The translations under genes and the position numbers were made by a program. DNA of 64,000 bases from Isurus oxyrinchus (Eukaryota): assembly GCA_026770705.1 (NCBI GenBank), contig JANJGN010000004.1, positions 69,192,001-69,256,000 of the forward strand, given 5' to 3'. The stretch's first letter is position 1. Each line of letters starts with the position of its first letter. Positions 61,778 through 64,000 of the stretch are shown in pieces. The notes beneath the pieces are model-generated. The model was not told where the DNA came from. It ran no database searches and saw nothing but the letters and a program-made list of their open reading frames with translations.

Positions 61778-64000
61778 GGGCGGAATCATCCCAGATTTGC
61801 ACTAAGTGTGGTAGCGGGTGGGAATAAAGTCGTTTTACCCCCCGGCCTCAATGGCAAGTTTTCACACTGTATTGTTCCATTCTCAGCACATCCCACCTCA
61901 TTAATGATGCAGTTCCAGGAAATACACCAGGTCGTTGGAGGGGCAGCCTCTGATTCGCCCCACCATCACCTCAGGCCTTCTGTAATCTGGGCGTCATATT
62001 TAAAGGGCACCCCTGCACAGAGCTGGCTCTTTCTAAGGGATCACAAGCTGCTGGAAAGTCATGGCTGCCCCCAGATTTAGTGACGCCTCCCTCGGGTGCC
62101 TGCTGGATGTAGTGGAGGCCCGCTGTGAAGACCACTACTCCTGCTCTGAGCAAAGACCAGCAAGCAAGGTCACTAATTCAACATGGGGGGCAGTAGCAGC
62201 AGTAGTCAGCACCAACGCCCTGCAAAAGAGGAAAGCCACCCAGTGCCGAAAGAGGATGAATGATCTCCTCTGTTCCATCAGGGTAAATCACCCTTCTCAT
62301 CACCATCAACTCACACACTCACAAACCCATCACACATCCACAGGGATCTTACTGCCAGTTCAAGGGACATCACTATTCACTCTCTCACACACCTTCATCT
62401 GCCCTGCAGGTCGTGTCCTCATCTCGCCCATGGCACCACTCACCATCCACACATGCCAGGCATTCTTCTCACCTGGCCTGGCAGGCATCTTGCTTGCATT
62501 CTCTCCATCTCTATTCATGCAGGACAAGCTGGCACACAACAAAAGAGAGAGGTTGCAGACTGGTGAAGGGATGCCCGACATCAAGGTCCTCAAAGACTTT
62601 GAAAATAGGGTCATCCAGCTGGGCGGCAAAGATCTGGACCATTCCTGTGCTGACAGTGAGGTCGGTGGTGCTTAACCAAGTGAGGATCCAGCAAGGCAAC
62701 ATCCATCAGACAACCATGCTGTGAGTGAGTTCCCTTATTCCGCAGTGCCCTGCCATGCTCTAATTATATATCCTTGCTTTTGCAGGCACATGTGAGAAGC
62801 AGCCAAGAGGGGGACCATGACCCAGGTCCTCGACTCAAGCCCTGAAGACACCTTGGAAGAAGAATCTGATGACACCCTAACTGAAGACCCATCACAGCGC
62901 TCACCCACACCCTCCACCAGCGCTTAGACACAGTCCTTGTTGGGGGCTAGTTCTAGAGTAGCCTCGGGTTCACAATCTGGCGAGCACATTGCACTGTCTG
63001 ATCCACAGCAGCCAGAGGCAGAGACTTCGCAGGTGTCCGGCACTGGGAGGACTGCTGGAGGCCAGAAGTCTGCTGAGTCTGAGTCAGATGATGAGCCTCT
63101 GGACTTGGTTATGTCTCAGTTGCTGGAGCTGCCAAGGCAAGCTCAGGGACATCAGGAAGGAATGTCTGCTGCACCCCTCAGATTGCAAGGCACAATGGAG
63201 GAATCCATTTGCTTTCAGACTGAGGTGATAGTGCCGGGATGCCAATGATCAACACTGATAGGATGGCAACAACCATGGAGACCTTCGTCCGGGACATCAC
63301 TCCTGCACTGCTGCACAGACTGAACTCCATCACTAAAGCCATAGTTGGCTTCCAGCAGTATCAATGTGAGAGGGGTGTGGGGCAGTTCGATCTCACTCCA
63401 GCTTCCCCTTCTCCTCAAGGAGTCAGCCAGGGGCCCTTGGACACCCATAGGGAGGAAGGTCAGTAGATGCTCGCCCCAGGGCCATCCACCCAGGTGACAT
63501 GGGGAGTGTCTGGCCCATCCGACTCCTCTCTTCCTATGACCCAGGCATCTCCAGATCCACAAACCAAGGAGGGTGACACTGCCACACAACAGGACCCCGA
63601 AAGCAGGCTGGGGCCCTCCAGGTCTCAGTCCTCCAGACAACGCCTGCCAAGGTCATCACAGACAAGGCATGGCAATCAGCAGGCTGCCTCCACCTCTGCT
63701 GTTAGTATCGGGGGACACCAAGACTTAGTGGCAGGGTTAGAAAGGTTAAGGAGATGTAGTTGCACAGACAAGACCTTGATCACTTGTACATAATGTTCAC
63801 TATTGTAAATAAATTCCCAAGAATGTCTCCCCAACTTTGGCTCCTTGTTATGTAGAGCAGCGTTCTTGTCACTCAGATGTGAAAACTGAGCTCCTGCACA
63901 AGATAAAAGCAGGTGTCTCAGTCCTGGGTCTCTTCCCTGTGTTTTGTGTAACCTTCAACCAAAGTGATAGTCCAGCTTCACACTCACTGGACACATTAGT
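61778..64000 (+). mobile_element. Harbinger derivative with Myb/SANT gene; runs off the right edge
   Basis: TIR GGGCGGAATCAT at ~61778; homologous to the reverse of 28900-30887. Confidence 0.85.
62061..63760 (+). pseudogene. Myb/SANT-like gene: exons ~62061-62282, 62523-62679 and 62786-~63760; premature stops
   Basis: MAAPRFSDASLGCLLDVVEAR...TWGAVAAVVS...TQCRKRMNDL; GT at 62283, AG at 62521-62522 (phase 0); stop at 62673-62675. Confidence 0.8.

Noticed and set aside
62061-62675. Single-exon 204-aa protein
   Set aside because: It reads through a 240-nt in-frame intron (62283-62522) and ends at a premature stop; a transposon pseudogene rather than a host gene.

Overview
Eukaryotic, repeat-dense window with no recognisable host protein-coding gene. 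The mix of CR1/L2/RTE LINEs, Deu-domain SINEs, Gmr1-type Gypsy, Harbinger and Penelope-like elements suggests a vertebrate, probably a cartilaginous fish (inference). Most elements are old, nested and decayed. The exception is a young Penelope-like element (PLE, Neptune-type RT + GIY-YIG) at 13011-17165. It has a perfect 14-bp target-site duplication, ~1.07-kb near-identical inverted arms, and a 34-nt tail on one arm only. Each arm carries a non-canonical minimal hammerhead ribozyme, and the inversion junction supplies an in-frame ATG to an uninterrupted 853-codon ORF. Three smaller hammerhead-bearing PLE derivatives occur elsewhere in the window. Also present: two Gmr1-order Gypsy elements (one complete, with LTRs, PBS, PPT and TSD), Harbinger derivatives carrying either the Myb/SANT gene or the transposase, related MITEs, and many LINE/SINE fragments. 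All calls come from reading the sequence by eye; family names are not database-verified.
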